64,000 bases of DNA, from the NCBI GenBank assembly GCA_963828455.1, contig CAWHFH010000027.1, positions 1,896 through 65,895 of the forward strand. The letters are read 5' to 3'. Every line of letters begins with the position of its first letter. Position 1 is the first letter of the stretch. Positions 27,282 through 37,520 of this stretch are shown here, piece by piece. The notes below the pieces were generated by a model. It had not been told where the DNA came from, did not search any database, and saw only the letters and a program-made list of their open reading frames with translations. The translations under genes and the position numbers were made by a program. Origin of the DNA: an uncultured Acidimicrobiaceae bacterium (GTDB lineage: Bacteria; Actinomycetota; Acidimicrobiia; Acidimicrobiales; RAAP-2).

Positions 27282-29807
27282 ATGTGGAAGGTCACGATCA
27301 AGGGGCTGCTGGCGCACAAGCTGCGGCTTGCGCTTACGGCGTTGGCGATCGTGCTCGGAGTCACGTTCATCGCGGGGACGTTCGTCCTCACGGACACGCT
27401 GCACAACACGTTCGACAACCTGTTCGGGACGATCTACTCGAAGATCGACTTCCAGGTGCGCGGGGTCGCCCAGCTCGGGAGCGGCGGCGGCGCGACCCGG
27501 AATGCAGTGCCCGAGTCGGTCCTCGCCACGGTGCGGGGGGTACCCGGTGTACAGGTGGCCGCAGGGGCGGTCAACGGCCAGGTGGAGTACATCGGCCACG
27601 ACGGCAAGGCGATCTCGTCGGGCGGCGCGCCCACAATCGGGCTGTCGTTCAACCCCGATCAGCGGATCACCCCCCTGCGGCTCGTCCAGGGGAGTCCGCC
27701 CACGACTCCTGACGACGTGGTCATGGATCTCGGTACGGCACAGAAGCACGGCTTCTCCGTCGGGAACCGGGTGCGGATCCTGCTGCCTTTTGCACCAACG
27801 AAGACCTTCACCATCACAGGTCTGGTCAAGTTCGGGACGGCGAACAATCTGGCGGGTGCCTCTCTCGCAGCCTTCGACCTTCCCACCGCGCAGGCGCTGT
27901 TGGGTCACGTCGGCCAGTTCGACAACATCAACGTGGTGACGGCGCCGGGAACCGAGAAACGGACGGTGCAGCGCGCCATCGCAGCGGCACTGCCCGCCGG
28001 CGTCGAAGTGGTAACAGCGCAGACCGTCGTCAACGAGCAGACGAGCACCATCAGCAACGCGCTCGGATTCTTTAACGTGGCGCTCTTGGTGTTCGCCTTC
28101 ATCGCGCTGTTCGTGGGGGCGTTCACGATCGTGAACACGTTCTCGATCACCGTGGGCCAGCGCACGAAGGAGCTGGCATTGCTCCGCATCGTCGGGGCCA
28201 GCCGGGCGCAGGTCTTCCGGTCGGTGTTGACCGAAGCGGCGCTCGTCGGGCTCCTGGCGTCCCTCGTCGGGCTGGGTCTGGGTGTCCTGGCGGCCCTCGG
28301 CCTGGAGGCGTTGCTCGGCGTCTTCGGTGTCACGCTGCCCTCGGGCCCACTCGTGTTCCAGGCGCGCACCGTAATCGTCTGCCTGGTCGTGGGCGTCGGG
28401 GTCACGATGGTCTCGGCCATCGGGCCGGCGCGTCGCGCCGTGCGGATCGCGCCGGTCGAAGCCGTGTCGGAACAACAGGTCGAGCACGAGATCCCCATGC
28501 GGCGCCGGTTCACGTGGGGTTCGGGCATCACCCTCGCCGGCATCGCCGCCCTGGCCGTGGGCTTGGTCGCGCCGGCCATCCAGCTGGTCGGTCTGGGTGC
28601 CGTGCTGATCTTCATCGGCGTCGCCCGGCTGGCGCCGGCGGTGGCGCGGCCGATGTCGAGCGCGCTGGGCCGCCCGCTCGCCCGTCTCCTCGGGATGTCG
28701 GGGCGCCTCGGCCGGGAGAACTCGATGCGCAGCCCGCGAAGGACCGCCCAGACCGCATCGGCGCTCATGGTAGGACTCGCGCTGGTGTCCGCGATCGCCG
28801 TCTTCGGCGCCTCCTTGTCGCAGTCGGCCACCCAGAGCATCGACAAGGCCATCAACGCCGACCTCATCGTCCTGGCCACAAACAACATGGGCCAGGGCAC
28901 GTTCGGCAGGACGGTGCCGACGACCGCGGCCACCGTGCCCGGCGTCACGGCTTCGTCGTCGGTGTACGGCGGGCAGTTCGAGGTGCGCGGGGACATCAAG
29001 TTCCTCGCCGCGGTGGGAGCCACCAACCTGTCCGACACGCTGAACCTCAGCATGAACTCGGGCACGTCGGACTCACTCGCCGCGGGGGACCTGCTGATCG
29101 ACGCGACGACGGCGAGCAACGACCATCTGGTCGTGGGCGGCACCGTGCCGGTCAAGTTCGCCCTGACCGGGGACACGCGCATGCGCATCGGCGGCATCTA
29201 CCAGGACAACCAGCTCATCGGGAGCTATCTCGTGAGCGACCATTTCTACCTGCAGCACTTCCAGAACCCGCTCCCCTTCGCCGTGCTCTTGAAGACAGAC
29301 GGCAGCCCCGGGGTCCAACAAGCCGTGCAGCACGCGCTGCAGCCCTACCCCAACGTGAAGGTTCAGACGCGGGCGGAGTTCGAGCAGTCGCAGGCGGCAC
29401 AGGTGAACCAGCTGCTCGGGCTGGTCTACGCGTTGCTCGCACTCGCGGTGATCATCGCCATGATCGGGATCGTCAACACGCTGATGCTCTCGGTTTTCGA
29501 GCGCACCCACGAGATCGGCCTGCTGCGCGCCGTCGGCATGAAGCGCCGGCAGATCCGCGCCATGATCCGCTCGGAGTCGGTGATTCTGGCCGTCTTCGGC
29601 GCGGTGATCGGGATCATCGTCGGGACACTCCTGGGTATCTCGCTCGTCTCGTCGCTGCACTCGCAGGGCATCACGGTGACGTCCGTCCCGTGGTCCAACC
29701 TGGTGGTCTTCCTCGTGCTGGCGGGCCTGCTGGGCCTTCTTGCGGCGAGCTGGCCCGCCCGGCGCGCCGCCCGACTCGACGTGCTGGCGGCGATCGCGGC
29801 CCAGTAG
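27282..29807 (+). CDS. ABC transporter permease with two FtsX domains (MacB-like)
   Basis: 841 aa with repeated FtsX-type 4-TM modules and large extracytoplasmic loops. It follows the ATPase with a 1-nt gap. Confidence 0.9.
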   Translation: MWKVTIKGLLAHKLRLALTALAIVLGVTFIAGTFVLTDTLHNTFDNLFGTIYSKIDFQVRGVAQLGSGGGATRNAVPESVLATVRGVPGVQVAAGAVNGQVEYIGHDGKAISSGGAPTIGLSFNPDQRITPLRLVQGSPPTTPDDVVMDLGTAQKHGFSVGNRVRILLPFAPTKTFTITGLVKFGTANNLAGASLAAFDLPTAQALLGHVGQFDNINVVTAPGTEKRTVQRAIAAALPAGVEVVTAQTVVNEQTSTISNALGFFNVALLVFAFIALFVGAFTIVNTFSITVGQRTKELALLRIVGASRAQVFRSVLTEAALVGLLASLVGLGLGVLAALGLEALLGVFGVTLPSGPLVFQARTVIVCLVVGVGVTMVSAIGPARRAVRIAPVEAVSEQQVEHEIPMRRRFTWGSGITLAGIAALAVGLVAPAIQLVGLGAVLIFIGVARLAPAVARPMSSALGRPLARLLGMSGRLGRENSMRSPRRTAQTASALMVGLALVSAIAVFGASLSQSATQSIDKAINADLIVLATNNMGQGTFGRTVPTTAATVPGVTASSSVYGGQFEVRGDIKFLAAVGATNLSDTLNLSMNSGTSDSLAAGDLLIDATTASNDHLVVGGTVPVKFALTGDTRMRIGGIYQDNQLIGSYLVSDHFYLQHFQNPLPFAVLLKTDGSPGVQQAVQHALQPYPNVKVQTRAEFEQSQAAQVNQLLGLVYALLALAVIIAMIGIVNTLMLSVFERTHEIGLLRAVGMKRRQIRAMIRSESVILAVFGAVIGIIVGTLLGISLVSSLHSQGITVTSVPWSNLVVFLVLAGLLGLLAASWPARRAARLDVLAAIAAQ

Positions 29808-29838
29808 AGCCCGGGTTGCGGGCGTACAGTTTCGGGCC

Positions 29839-30771
29839 ATGACAACCACGACCACGCCCGGCTCCTTCCGGCTGCCCGGCTATTCGATCGCGGTCGGGCC
29901 GTTCAGCCACCTGGCGGCCGAGCGGGACCGGCTCTCCGCACTCAAGTGGTGCCACTTCGACGCGACGCCCCTCGGCTCGACGGTGGGCGCGGAGTTATCC
30001 GGGATCGACCTGCGCGAGTCGTTGCCCGACGAGGTCGTCGCTGAACTGCGACAGGCTCTCTACGACTACAAGGTCATCTTCTTCCGGGACCAGCCCCTCA
30101 AGCCGCAGCAACACGTTGCGTTCGCTCGGCGCTTCGGCGAGCTCGAGATCCACCCGTTCCTTCCCTCGAACACCGGTGAGCCCGAGCTGGTCCGCTTCGA
30201 GAAGACCGCAGAGGTCAGCGGCTACGAGAACTCGTGGCACCATGACGTCACCTGGCGCGAGTGCCCGTCGATGGGTGCCATCCTGCACGCGGTGAGCGTG
30301 CCCGAGCGCGGGGGCGACACGCTCTTCGCCGACATGTACGCCGCCTACGACTCGCTGGACGAGGACACCAAGTCACAGATCGACGACCTGGTGGCGGTGC
30401 ACGACTTCACCCAGACCTTCGGGCACGGCATGACCAAGGAGGAGCGCCGGAAGGCGCGGGAGCAGTATCCGCAGGTGCAGCATCCCGTGGTCTGTACCCA
30501 CCCCGGCACGGGACGGCTGCATCTCTACGTCAACCGGCCGTTCGTGAGCCACATCGGCGGGATGGACACCGACGAGAGCCGCGTCCTCCTTGACCTGTTG
30601 TGCCGGCAGACCGACTCCCCCGAGCACCAATGCCGCTTCACCTGGAGCACGGACGCGGTGGCCTTCTGGGACAACCGGGCGGTGCAGCACTACGCCTCGA
30701 GCGACTACTGGCCGCAGCGCAGGACGATGGAGCGGGCGTCGATCGTGGGGGCGCGACCGGCTCGGACCTGA
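29839..30771 (+). CDS. TauD/TfdA-family Fe(II)/2-oxoglutarate dioxygenase
   Basis: WHHDVTW (HxD facial-triad region), GGDTLFADMYAAYD, FWDNRAVQH. 310 aa from ATG 29839. Confidence 0.85.
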   Translation: MTTTTTPGSFRLPGYSIAVGPFSHLAAERDRLSALKWCHFDATPLGSTVGAELSGIDLRESLPDEVVAELRQALYDYKVIFFRDQPLKPQQHVAFARRFGELEIHPFLPSNTGEPELVRFEKTAEVSGYENSWHHDVTWRECPSMGAILHAVSVPERGGDTLFADMYAAYDSLDEDTKSQIDDLVAVHDFTQTFGHGMTKEERRKAREQYPQVQHPVVCTHPGTGRLHLYVNRPFVSHIGGMDTDESRVLLDLLCRQTDSPEHQCRFTWSTDAVAFWDNRAVQHYASSDYWPQRRTMERASIVGARPART

Positions 30772-30777
30772 TCGGGT

Positions 30778-31464
30778 TCAGGTCGGCGGCTGCCCGTACG
30801 CAGTCACCGAGATGAAGCGCACCGGGAGCTTGGTCAACCGGACGGGCCCGTGCGGGACCTCGCCGTCGAACTGCAGCGAGTCGCCGACCGTCATCGAATA
30901 GGACGCCCCCGCATAGCCGTACTCCATCTCACCCTCGAGCATGTAGAGGAACTCGGTGCCGGGGTGCTGGTAGAGCGGGAACACCTCGCTCTCGCTGGTC
31001 AGGGTCACCAGCATGGGCTCCATGCGCTTGGCGGGGCCCCGCATGGAGCCGAGCAGCTGGTAGCGGTGGCCGCTGCGCGTGCCCGGCCGCCCCAGCTCCG
31101 GTCCGCCCCCGGACTTCGTGTACAGCGCATCGCGTTCCTCGTCGAGCCCCTGGAACAGAGAGGTGATGGGCACCTCGAGGACCTCGGCGAGGCGCGAGAG
31201 CGTGGCGAGACTCGGCGAGACCTGGGCGTTCTCGATCTTGCTGATCATCGCCCGTGACAGCCCGACCCGTTTGGCCAGCTCCGCCGACGACAGGCCGACC
31301 TCGCGGGCCCGGCTGCGCACGCGCCAGCCGATGACCGACTCGATCTGTGTCGCGCCCTGCTGGGGAGGCGCCGGTACCGGCTCGGCCTCCGCTTCCTCGT
31401 CGTGCACGTGCGGCGCGGGTGCCGCCTTGGCAGCGGAACCCCGGCCGGACTGCCGGGGGGTCAC
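30778..31464 (-). CDS. XRE-family transcriptional regulator with a C-terminal cupin domain
   Basis: HTH region LSSAELAKRVGLSRAMISKIENAQVSPSLATLSRLAEVL, then cupin region HPGTEFLYMLEGEMEY..GDSLQFDGEVPHGP. Confidence 0.85.
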   Translation of the reverse strand: MTPRQSGRGSAAKAAPAPHVHDEEAEAEPVPAPPQQGATQIESVIGWRVRSRAREVGLSSAELAKRVGLSRAMISKIENAQVSPSLATLSRLAEVLEVPITSLFQGLDEERDALYTKSGGGPELGRPGTRSGHRYQLLGSMRGPAKRMEPMLVTLTSESEVFPLYQHPGTEFLYMLEGEMEYGYAGASYSMTVGDSLQFDGEVPHGPVRLTKLPVRFISVTAYGQPPT

Positions 31465-31970
31465 GCCGCGGTGTGCACCGACGCGTCGTCGCCGATGACG
31501 AGGTCGCGTTCCGACGCGCCGTAGCCGTGACGCGCGGCGGCGGGCTGCGGCTCGTCCCCACCGCCGGCGACCTCGATCCGGCGGGCGCCGGAGTCGGCTG
31601 CCACGGGGGCGCGCACCGAGAGGACCCCGTGCTCGGCACGGGCCCGGAGCTCGTGCAGGTCCCAGCTGTCGCCGACCCAGAGGCGCTGGCGGAACGTGCC
31701 GTGCTGGCGGCCGGACTCGATGACGTCGACGCCTGGGCCCTTGGCCAGCTGGCGTCGCAGGGTCACGACGACGGCGCGTCCTTCGACGGACACGTCGATG
31801 TCCTCAGGAGCGACGCCTGGTGTGTCGAACTCGATGACCAGCTCGTCGCCCGTGCGGTAGACGTCGTAGGCCAATGGCGTGGCCACGGCTTCGTGGACGG
31901 TCGTGAGCTGTTCGATCTCCTCTTCACGGAGGGGACGCAGGGTACGGAGTGGATCGACGATCTGAGGCAC
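31461..31970 (-). CDS. Hsp20 / alpha-crystallin family small heat-shock protein
   Basis: AYDVYRTGDELVIEFDTPGVAPEDIDVSVEGRAVVVT..AEHGVLSVRAP. 4-nt overlap with the XRE gene start. Confidence 0.85.
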   Translation of the reverse strand: MPQIVDPLRTLRPLREEEIEQLTTVHEAVATPLAYDVYRTGDELVIEFDTPGVAPEDIDVSVEGRAVVVTLRRQLAKGPGVDVIESGRQHGTFRQRLWVGDSWDLHELRARAEHGVLSVRAPVAADSGARRIEVAGGGDEPQPAAARHGYGASERDLVIGDDASVHTAA

Positions 31971-32146
31971 GGGGACCCCCTTCCTTCGGCTCGGCAGGTG
32001 TGTACACTCAGAATATCAATCATTAACTGGAAGTCAACACCCCGAGCGGGGTCTTCGTGTCCTGCGTCGGCAACTGGGGTGGATATATGCACCGGACGGG
32101 CCGGGGCGCCAGTTGCCGACGGGAGCCGCGAACGTAGTGTTCGGGC

Positions 32147-33682
32147 ATGGGTGGGGTCGGGCGTTTCGCTCGCCGGCTGCGTGATCGGAACGACGACCAC
32201 CTGCCCCTGGCCGCCGGGCCGGTCTCGAACGGCGAGTTCGTCCCCGCTGCGCCGACCGCCCACGACCGCGCCGTCAACACGCTGATCCGCGGGTCGATCG
32301 ACGATGCGAGCCGGCGGACCGGCGTCGACCGCCGGCGCTTCCTGCAGGGCGCGGGCGCTGTCGCGGCGTCGCTGGGCGCGCTGGAGCTCGCAGGATGCTC
32401 GTCGGGTGCGACGTCTCAGGCAGGGCCGCCACACGGCGGGCACTTCAAGGTGCCGCCACCGGAAGACACTGCGGCGTGCGAGAACGCGTTGACGGGCTCG
32501 GAGTTCATCTTCGACGTGCACACCCACCACGTCATACCGGGCGGTCCCTGGGTACAGAACTCGCCCGAGACCACCTCACTGGTTCTCTCCATGCTTCCCC
32601 CGGGATGCACCGACACGCCGCAGCTGGACTGCGTTGACCGGGCCAACTACCTCCACGACCTCTTCCTGGCCAGTGACACGTCCATCGCGGTACTCACCGA
32701 TGTCCCGAACTCGGGCCCGTCCAATGCGCCGATCCCGTTCGCCGACGCACTGAGCACCAAGGAGATAATGGCGGGTCTCACCGGCGGCGGCGCCAGCCGC
32801 GTGCTCGTCGAGAACATCATCGCTCCCAACGTCGGGCCGATCGCTTCGACCCTCGACGAAATGTCGAGTGCAGTGGAGCAGGGCCCGCCGGCCGCCTTCA
32901 AGGTGTACACGGCGTGGAGCCCGTCCGGTCGGGGATATTCGCTGGAAGACCCGGCGGTGGGGTTGCCCACGGTGCAGCACGCGTACGACCTCGGCGTCAA
33001 GGTGTTCGTCGCGCACAAAGGTCTCCCGCTGGTCAACTTCGATCCCGCCTTCAATGGCCCCGACGACATCGTGGCTGTCTCGCGCCAGTTCATCGACATG
33101 CAGTTCGTCGTCTATCACGCGGCCTGGGACCCTTCGCACGTCGAAGGCCCCTACGACCCGAACGCCACCATCGGGATCGACTCTCTGCTGGCCGCGCTCG
33201 ACAAGCACGGCGTCTCGCCGGACGACAACGTCTGGGTGGATGTCGCGACGTTGTGGCGCCAACTCCTGACACAGCCCGACCAGGCAGCGCATGCCATCGG
33301 CAAGCTTCTCAAGCGGGTCGGGGCGAGCCGAGTCCTGTGGGGCACGGACGCTGTCTGGTACGGAAGCCCGGAGGCGCAGATCATGGCCATGCGATCGTTC
33401 GAGATCAGCCAGGCATTCCAGGAGCTCTACGGCTATCCGGAGCTCACCGATCAGGTGAAGGCAGGCCTGTTCGGGCTCAATGCGGCCGAGCTCTTCCGCA
33501 TCGACCCCACCGCGACGCGGTGCGGGTTGAGGTCGGATCCACTCGGTGCGAGCATCTCCGAAGCGGCACAACTGCGATCCGACGGCGCGCTCCCGTCCGC
33601 GTGGGCACCCAACGGTCCGACGTCACGTCGTCAGATGTTGCAATGGCTCGCGTCGTCCACGACGCACTGGGTGCCGTCCTGA
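32147..33682 (+). CDS. Amidohydrolase-family protein with a Tat-type lipoprotein signal
   Basis: VDRRRFLQGAGAVAASLGALELAGCSS (twin-arginine motif plus lipobox), FDVHTHH metal motif, and a C-terminal TIM-barrel-like region. Confidence 0.7.
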   Translation: MGGVGRFARRLRDRNDDHLPLAAGPVSNGEFVPAAPTAHDRAVNTLIRGSIDDASRRTGVDRRRFLQGAGAVAASLGALELAGCSSGATSQAGPPHGGHFKVPPPEDTAACENALTGSEFIFDVHTHHVIPGGPWVQNSPETTSLVLSMLPPGCTDTPQLDCVDRANYLHDLFLASDTSIAVLTDVPNSGPSNAPIPFADALSTKEIMAGLTGGGASRVLVENIIAPNVGPIASTLDEMSSAVEQGPPAAFKVYTAWSPSGRGYSLEDPAVGLPTVQHAYDLGVKVFVAHKGLPLVNFDPAFNGPDDIVAVSRQFIDMQFVVYHAAWDPSHVEGPYDPNATIGIDSLLAALDKHGVSPDDNVWVDVATLWRQLLTQPDQAAHAIGKLLKRVGASRVLWGTDAVWYGSPEAQIMAMRSFEISQAFQELYGYPELTDQVKAGLFGLNAAELFRIDPTATRCGLRSDPLGASISEAAQLRSDGALPSAWAPNGPTSRRQMLQWLASSTTHWVPS

Positions 33683-33695
33683 CCGCGGACGCTTC

Positions 33696-34993
33696 TCAGC
33701 CGTACTGCCAGGTTCGGACCCAGTCGATCTTCGTGGTGGCCGGCAGTGGTGTCACGCCGGGCCGGTACTGGTCGCCGTTCGCGGCACCGAGCGCCGCGGT
33801 GAGCGCCATGAAGAAGGGTTGGTTGAACGGCTCGGGGGCCGTGTCGGGATTGTTCACGTAGGGCCCGTACACGTCGGTCATGCAGGGTTGGCCGTCGTAG
33901 TACGTCGTGATCGAGGTCGGCGTCCAGAGTGCGGCATACGTGTGGAACTGGCCGGCCGGGCTCGAACCCGCGTGCACGCAGTTGTCGTCCGACGAGTTGG
34001 GGTCGTTGTCCGAGCCCGGATAGTGGATGGCCGGGACGTCGTTGTTGGGGTACTCGGAATAGAACTCGCCGTAGTCGATCTCGCCGCTGTTGGGCCACGG
34101 TCCGTAGAGCGTTTCGTTCTCGGGGTACAGCCACAGCGTCTCCTGGAGCCCGGGGACGTTCGGCGCAGGCATTTCCGCACTGGCCTCGAAGAACCCGTAC
34201 TCCTGGCTGAACAGGTTGTACGAGATGACCATCCCGCCCTCGATGTTGGTCTGCGCCTTGGACGCGTACGTCCCCTGGCACCCGATCGGCTGGGCCGACC
34301 GCACGACGGAGAGGTTCAAAGTTCCTCCAGCCACGTTGATCGTGTCAGGGTTGTTGACGTAACACACCTGATGGAAGAGCGGTCCGGTCCTGTACGCACT
34401 GGCGTACGTCAACATCGGCGACCACTTGGACCCGTCCAGAGAGGTGCCGTTGAACTCGTCGTCAAACGTGCAGTGCCACCACCCCGACGGCGCCGCGACC
34501 GGAGGTGTGGTGCCCGCGCAAGGGCCGGTGCCGGCTGGCGCGGCGGGCGCCGTTCCTGGAGAGGCCACGGGCGTGGCCGGCGCGGAAGCGTGCAGGCCGG
34601 CCGCACCGTCTGGCGCGCCGTTCTGGGTCGAGGAGTAGGTCGTCGACCCGCCGCCACTTACCGCATGACCAGCCGACCGAGAGGAAGACGTCGTCGTGGT
34701 CGTGGTGGCGTTGGGGCACTTGTCGACCATCTGGTGCGACCCGCGCAGGTACCGGGACCGGACGATCCGACGGCGTCTGCGCCCGGCCCGTTCGCGTCCG
34801 CTTGCCCCGAGCCCGGGCTTCCGATCAACAGGAGGAACAGGACGACGATGAGGGCCGCGCCCCCAGCGACGTTCGCCACGACCCAGGCGCCTGTACGGCG
34901 ATTACCTCGTGGTTGTGACACCTCAGCCCTCCCAGACGCCGAGCGACCCCGATTGCCACTGAGGAAACCGGGTGCGGCCCGGAAACTTGCCAC
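33696..34993 (-). CDS. Glycoside hydrolase family 16 (beta-glucanase-like); the signal anchor lies in a different frame (frameshift about 34735-34760)
   Basis: Catalytic SGEIDYGEF (ExDxxE) and FDDEFNG. ORF 34658..34993 supplies a TM anchor (GAWVVANVAGGAALIVVLFLLLIG) that runs into the GH16 ORF start. The span is 3n+2. Confidence 0.75.
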
Positions 34994-35092
34994 GGAAGTT
35001 GAATCATGCCGCCCGCGGCCTGACGCCCACCTCCGACCTGCGGATGCACGTCAAAGTCGAAGACGGACCCGACAGAGTGGTCCGGTTGACGG

Positions 35093-35111
35093 TATATCGG
35101 TAACCGATATA
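35093..35111. promoter_or_regulatory. Perfect 19-bp palindrome TATATCGGT-A-ACCGATATA immediately upstream of padR (candidate PadR operator)
   Basis: AT-rich inverted repeat 11 nt before GTG 35123. A related palindrome precedes the second padR at 48898. Confidence 0.5.
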
Positions 35112-35122
35112 GAGTCACGGGC

Positions 35123-35488
35123 GTGGCAGTGCCGAGGCGTAAAGGCGAGGAGGCCCAACCGCCGGGGCAGTTCTCGGGTTTCGGCCGGTACGCGGGACCG
35201 GCGACGCTGATCCTCTCGAGCCTGGCCGAGGGCCCGAAGCACGGGTACACGTTGACCAAGGACATCGAGCGATTCGCCGACGTCCGGCTGGCGCCCGGGA
35301 CGTTGTACGAAGCGCTCAGCCGGTTGGAGGGCCAAGGTCTGATCGAGGCGGTCGAGAGCGACGACCGCCGCCGGCCCTACCGGCTCACCGCCGTGGGCGC
35401 CGAGGCCCTGCGCACCCACCTCGCGGCGCAGCGCAAGATCGCGGACCTCGGGCTCCAGCGCCTCGCGGGCACGTGGGGCGCGGCATGA
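35123..35488 (+). CDS. PadR-family transcriptional regulator
   Basis: LAEGPKHGYTLTKDIERFADVRLAPGTLYEALSRLEGQGLIEAVESDDRRRPYRLT. Confidence 0.9.
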   Translation: MAVPRRKGEEAQPPGQFSGFGRYAGPATLILSSLAEGPKHGYTLTKDIERFADVRLAPGTLYEALSRLEGQGLIEAVESDDRRRPYRLTAVGAEALRTHLAAQRKIADLGLQRLAGTWGAA

Positions 35489-36475
35489 GCGCGTCCATGC
35501 GGCACCGGGCCGAACGACAGCTCCGCTGGTATCCGCGGGAATGGCGCGCCCGTTACGGCGAGGAGTTCACGGAGTTGCTCCTGGCGGAGCTCGAAGAGCG
35601 GCCGCATTCACTGCGTCGCGACGTCGACCTCGCGCGCAGCGGGCTGACCGCTCGCCTGGCGGCCGCCGGACTGGGCGGCCAACCGCTCGAGGCCGAGGAT
35701 TCGTGCCACCGCAGCCTGGCCACGCTGGCCGCTGCACTCTCGATCTTCTTCGTGCTGGCGGTGGCGCTGTGGGCACAGCTGGCGATCGGATGGCAGTGGG
35801 CGCCTCCACGCGACGCGTGCCACGTCGCTCGCGATGGTCGTGATGTCATTTGGCATCCTCGCCGTGGGCGCATTGTGCCTCCTCGCGATTGCGCCGGTGG
35901 CGTGGCTGGCGCTGCGGTCGATCCCTATCCGGTGGCGCCATCTCCTCGGCCCGGTCGGCCTGGCGCTCGGGGGTCTTGTGGTCCTCGTCGTGGGGACCCA
36001 TCACTTCGCCAACGGATGGCCTGGCACCCGCGGCCATCCCTGGACCGACCAGGGGATCGTGCCGGGCGGCGTCGCAGCCTACGCTTGGGCCTCGACCCTC
36101 TTCGTGACCTCGTACTGGCTGCATCCCTCCGCATTGGCTCACTTCCCCGGCGGCGAGGTCGCCTGGATGCTCGGGAGCCCGGTCGCCGTCGCCGCCTTGA
36201 TCGTCGGCGCCACCCGGATCGTCCGCCAGGTCCATCTCTCGCCGCGCGTCATCCGGTACGAGCGGCGGCTCGGACTCCTCGCGGCCGTGACGACGGCGCT
36301 GTACCTCACCGGTGCGGCCCTCTGGGTCGTCGACGGCGGACCGGGTCCGCGCAACCTCTTTCGCATCGGGTCGATCGACGTCGTGGAGCTGGTCGCTCTC
36401 GCCCTGCTGGCGTTCGTCGCGGGACTCGCCGCTGGTCGCATCACTGCCGACAACACGCCCATGGCGCGCGCCTGA
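35485..36475 (+). CDS. PadR-associated membrane protein, frameshifted about 35805-35830
   Basis: ATG 35485 overlaps the padR stop (ATGA). The N-terminus is RQLRWYPREWRARYGEEFTELL. The TM-rich remainder is ORF 35834..36475, one frame off. The span is 3n+1. Confidence 0.6.
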
Positions 36476-36510
36476 CCCGCCGGGCGACGACGGCGGCCGG
36501 CGGCGCTCGC

Positions 36511-37470
36511 GTGACGGTTACCCGACACGACGTCCGCGAGGCGGAGCAACGCAGTGGCGGGTGGAGCCGGCGCTGCATCCTGACCCATGGCCTCGGGGGC
36601 CTCGCCGGCCTTGTCGCTGCAGGTGCCGTCGGGTTCGAGCTGGTGGAGCACGGTGTCCTGCCCGGGAAGCAGGAATTGGACCAACTCGACGGTGCGTGTT
36701 CGGTCGCCGCTCCGCCCCTGCGCTTCCGCAACCCAGGCCCTTCCAGGTCCGGGACCTTCTTTTCGCGGGCCCGGCACCGCCAGGTCGGCTACACCATCGC
36801 CTGGCCGCCGGGACACGGTCCGGGTGACGCATTGCCACTCGTCGTCATGCTCCACGGATTCGGCGCCAACCACACGAACGCGCTCACCTCCATGTCGCCG
36901 GCGCAAGCCGTCGCGCTCGAGGTCGACGGTGTCCCGTTGCCGCCGATGGCCATGGTCACCGTCGACGGGGGCGGCGGCTACTGGAACCCGCATCCGCACG
37001 ACGACCCCATGCAGATGGTGGTCGGGGAGTTGGTCCCGATGTGCCAGGGGCTGAACCTCGGACGGGCTCCGCAGCGCATCGGCACCATGGGCGTCTCGAT
37101 GGGTGGGTACGGGGCGCTGCTGCTCGCCGAGAAGTACCCGGACCTGTTCAGCGCCGTCGCCGCCATCAGCCCGGCGGTCTGGACGACCTATGCGGAGGCG
37201 AAAGGAGCCAATGCCGGCGCGTACGCGTCAGCAGCCGACTTCACGTCGGACGACGCGGTGACCAACGCGTCGTCGTTGGCCGACACGCCCGTCCGCGTCG
37301 CCTCGGGTCTGGGCGACCCGTTCCACCCCGGCGTCGTGGCGTTGGCGCGGGCGCTGCCGAGGTCGGCCGTCGTCGAGCTCTCGCAGGGCTGCCACACCGG
37401 GTCGTTCTTCACCGCCCAGGAGCCTCCGTCGCTGGCCTTCCTGGGCAGGCATCTCTCGGCCGCGGGCTGA
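36511..37470 (+). CDS. Alpha/beta hydrolase (esterase family), possible Tat signal
   Basis: GTG 36511 lies inside composite ORF 35473..37470. WSRRCILTHGLGGLAGLVAAGAVG, LVVMLHGFG, nucleophile elbow GVSMGG. Confidence 0.7.
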   Translation: MTVTRHDVREAEQRSGGWSRRCILTHGLGGLAGLVAAGAVGFELVEHGVLPGKQELDQLDGACSVAAPPLRFRNPGPSRSGTFFSRARHRQVGYTIAWPPGHGPGDALPLVVMLHGFGANHTNALTSMSPAQAVALEVDGVPLPPMAMVTVDGGGGYWNPHPHDDPMQMVVGELVPMCQGLNLGRAPQRIGTMGVSMGGYGALLLAEKYPDLFSAVAAISPAVWTTYAEAKGANAGAYASAADFTSDDAVTNASSLADTPVRVASGLGDPFHPGVVALARALPRSAVVELSQGCHTGSFFTAQEPPSLAFLGRHLSAAG

Positions 37471-37520
37471 TCCCGGCGCCTACCATCGGCGCGACCAAAG
37501 GACTGAGGGCGAGGTGGCCA

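Noticed and set aside
35473-37470. 665-aa ORF suggesting one large protein after padR
   Set aside because: It merges the N-terminus of the PadR-associated membrane protein, an off-frame stretch, and the separate esterase gene that starts at GTG 36511.
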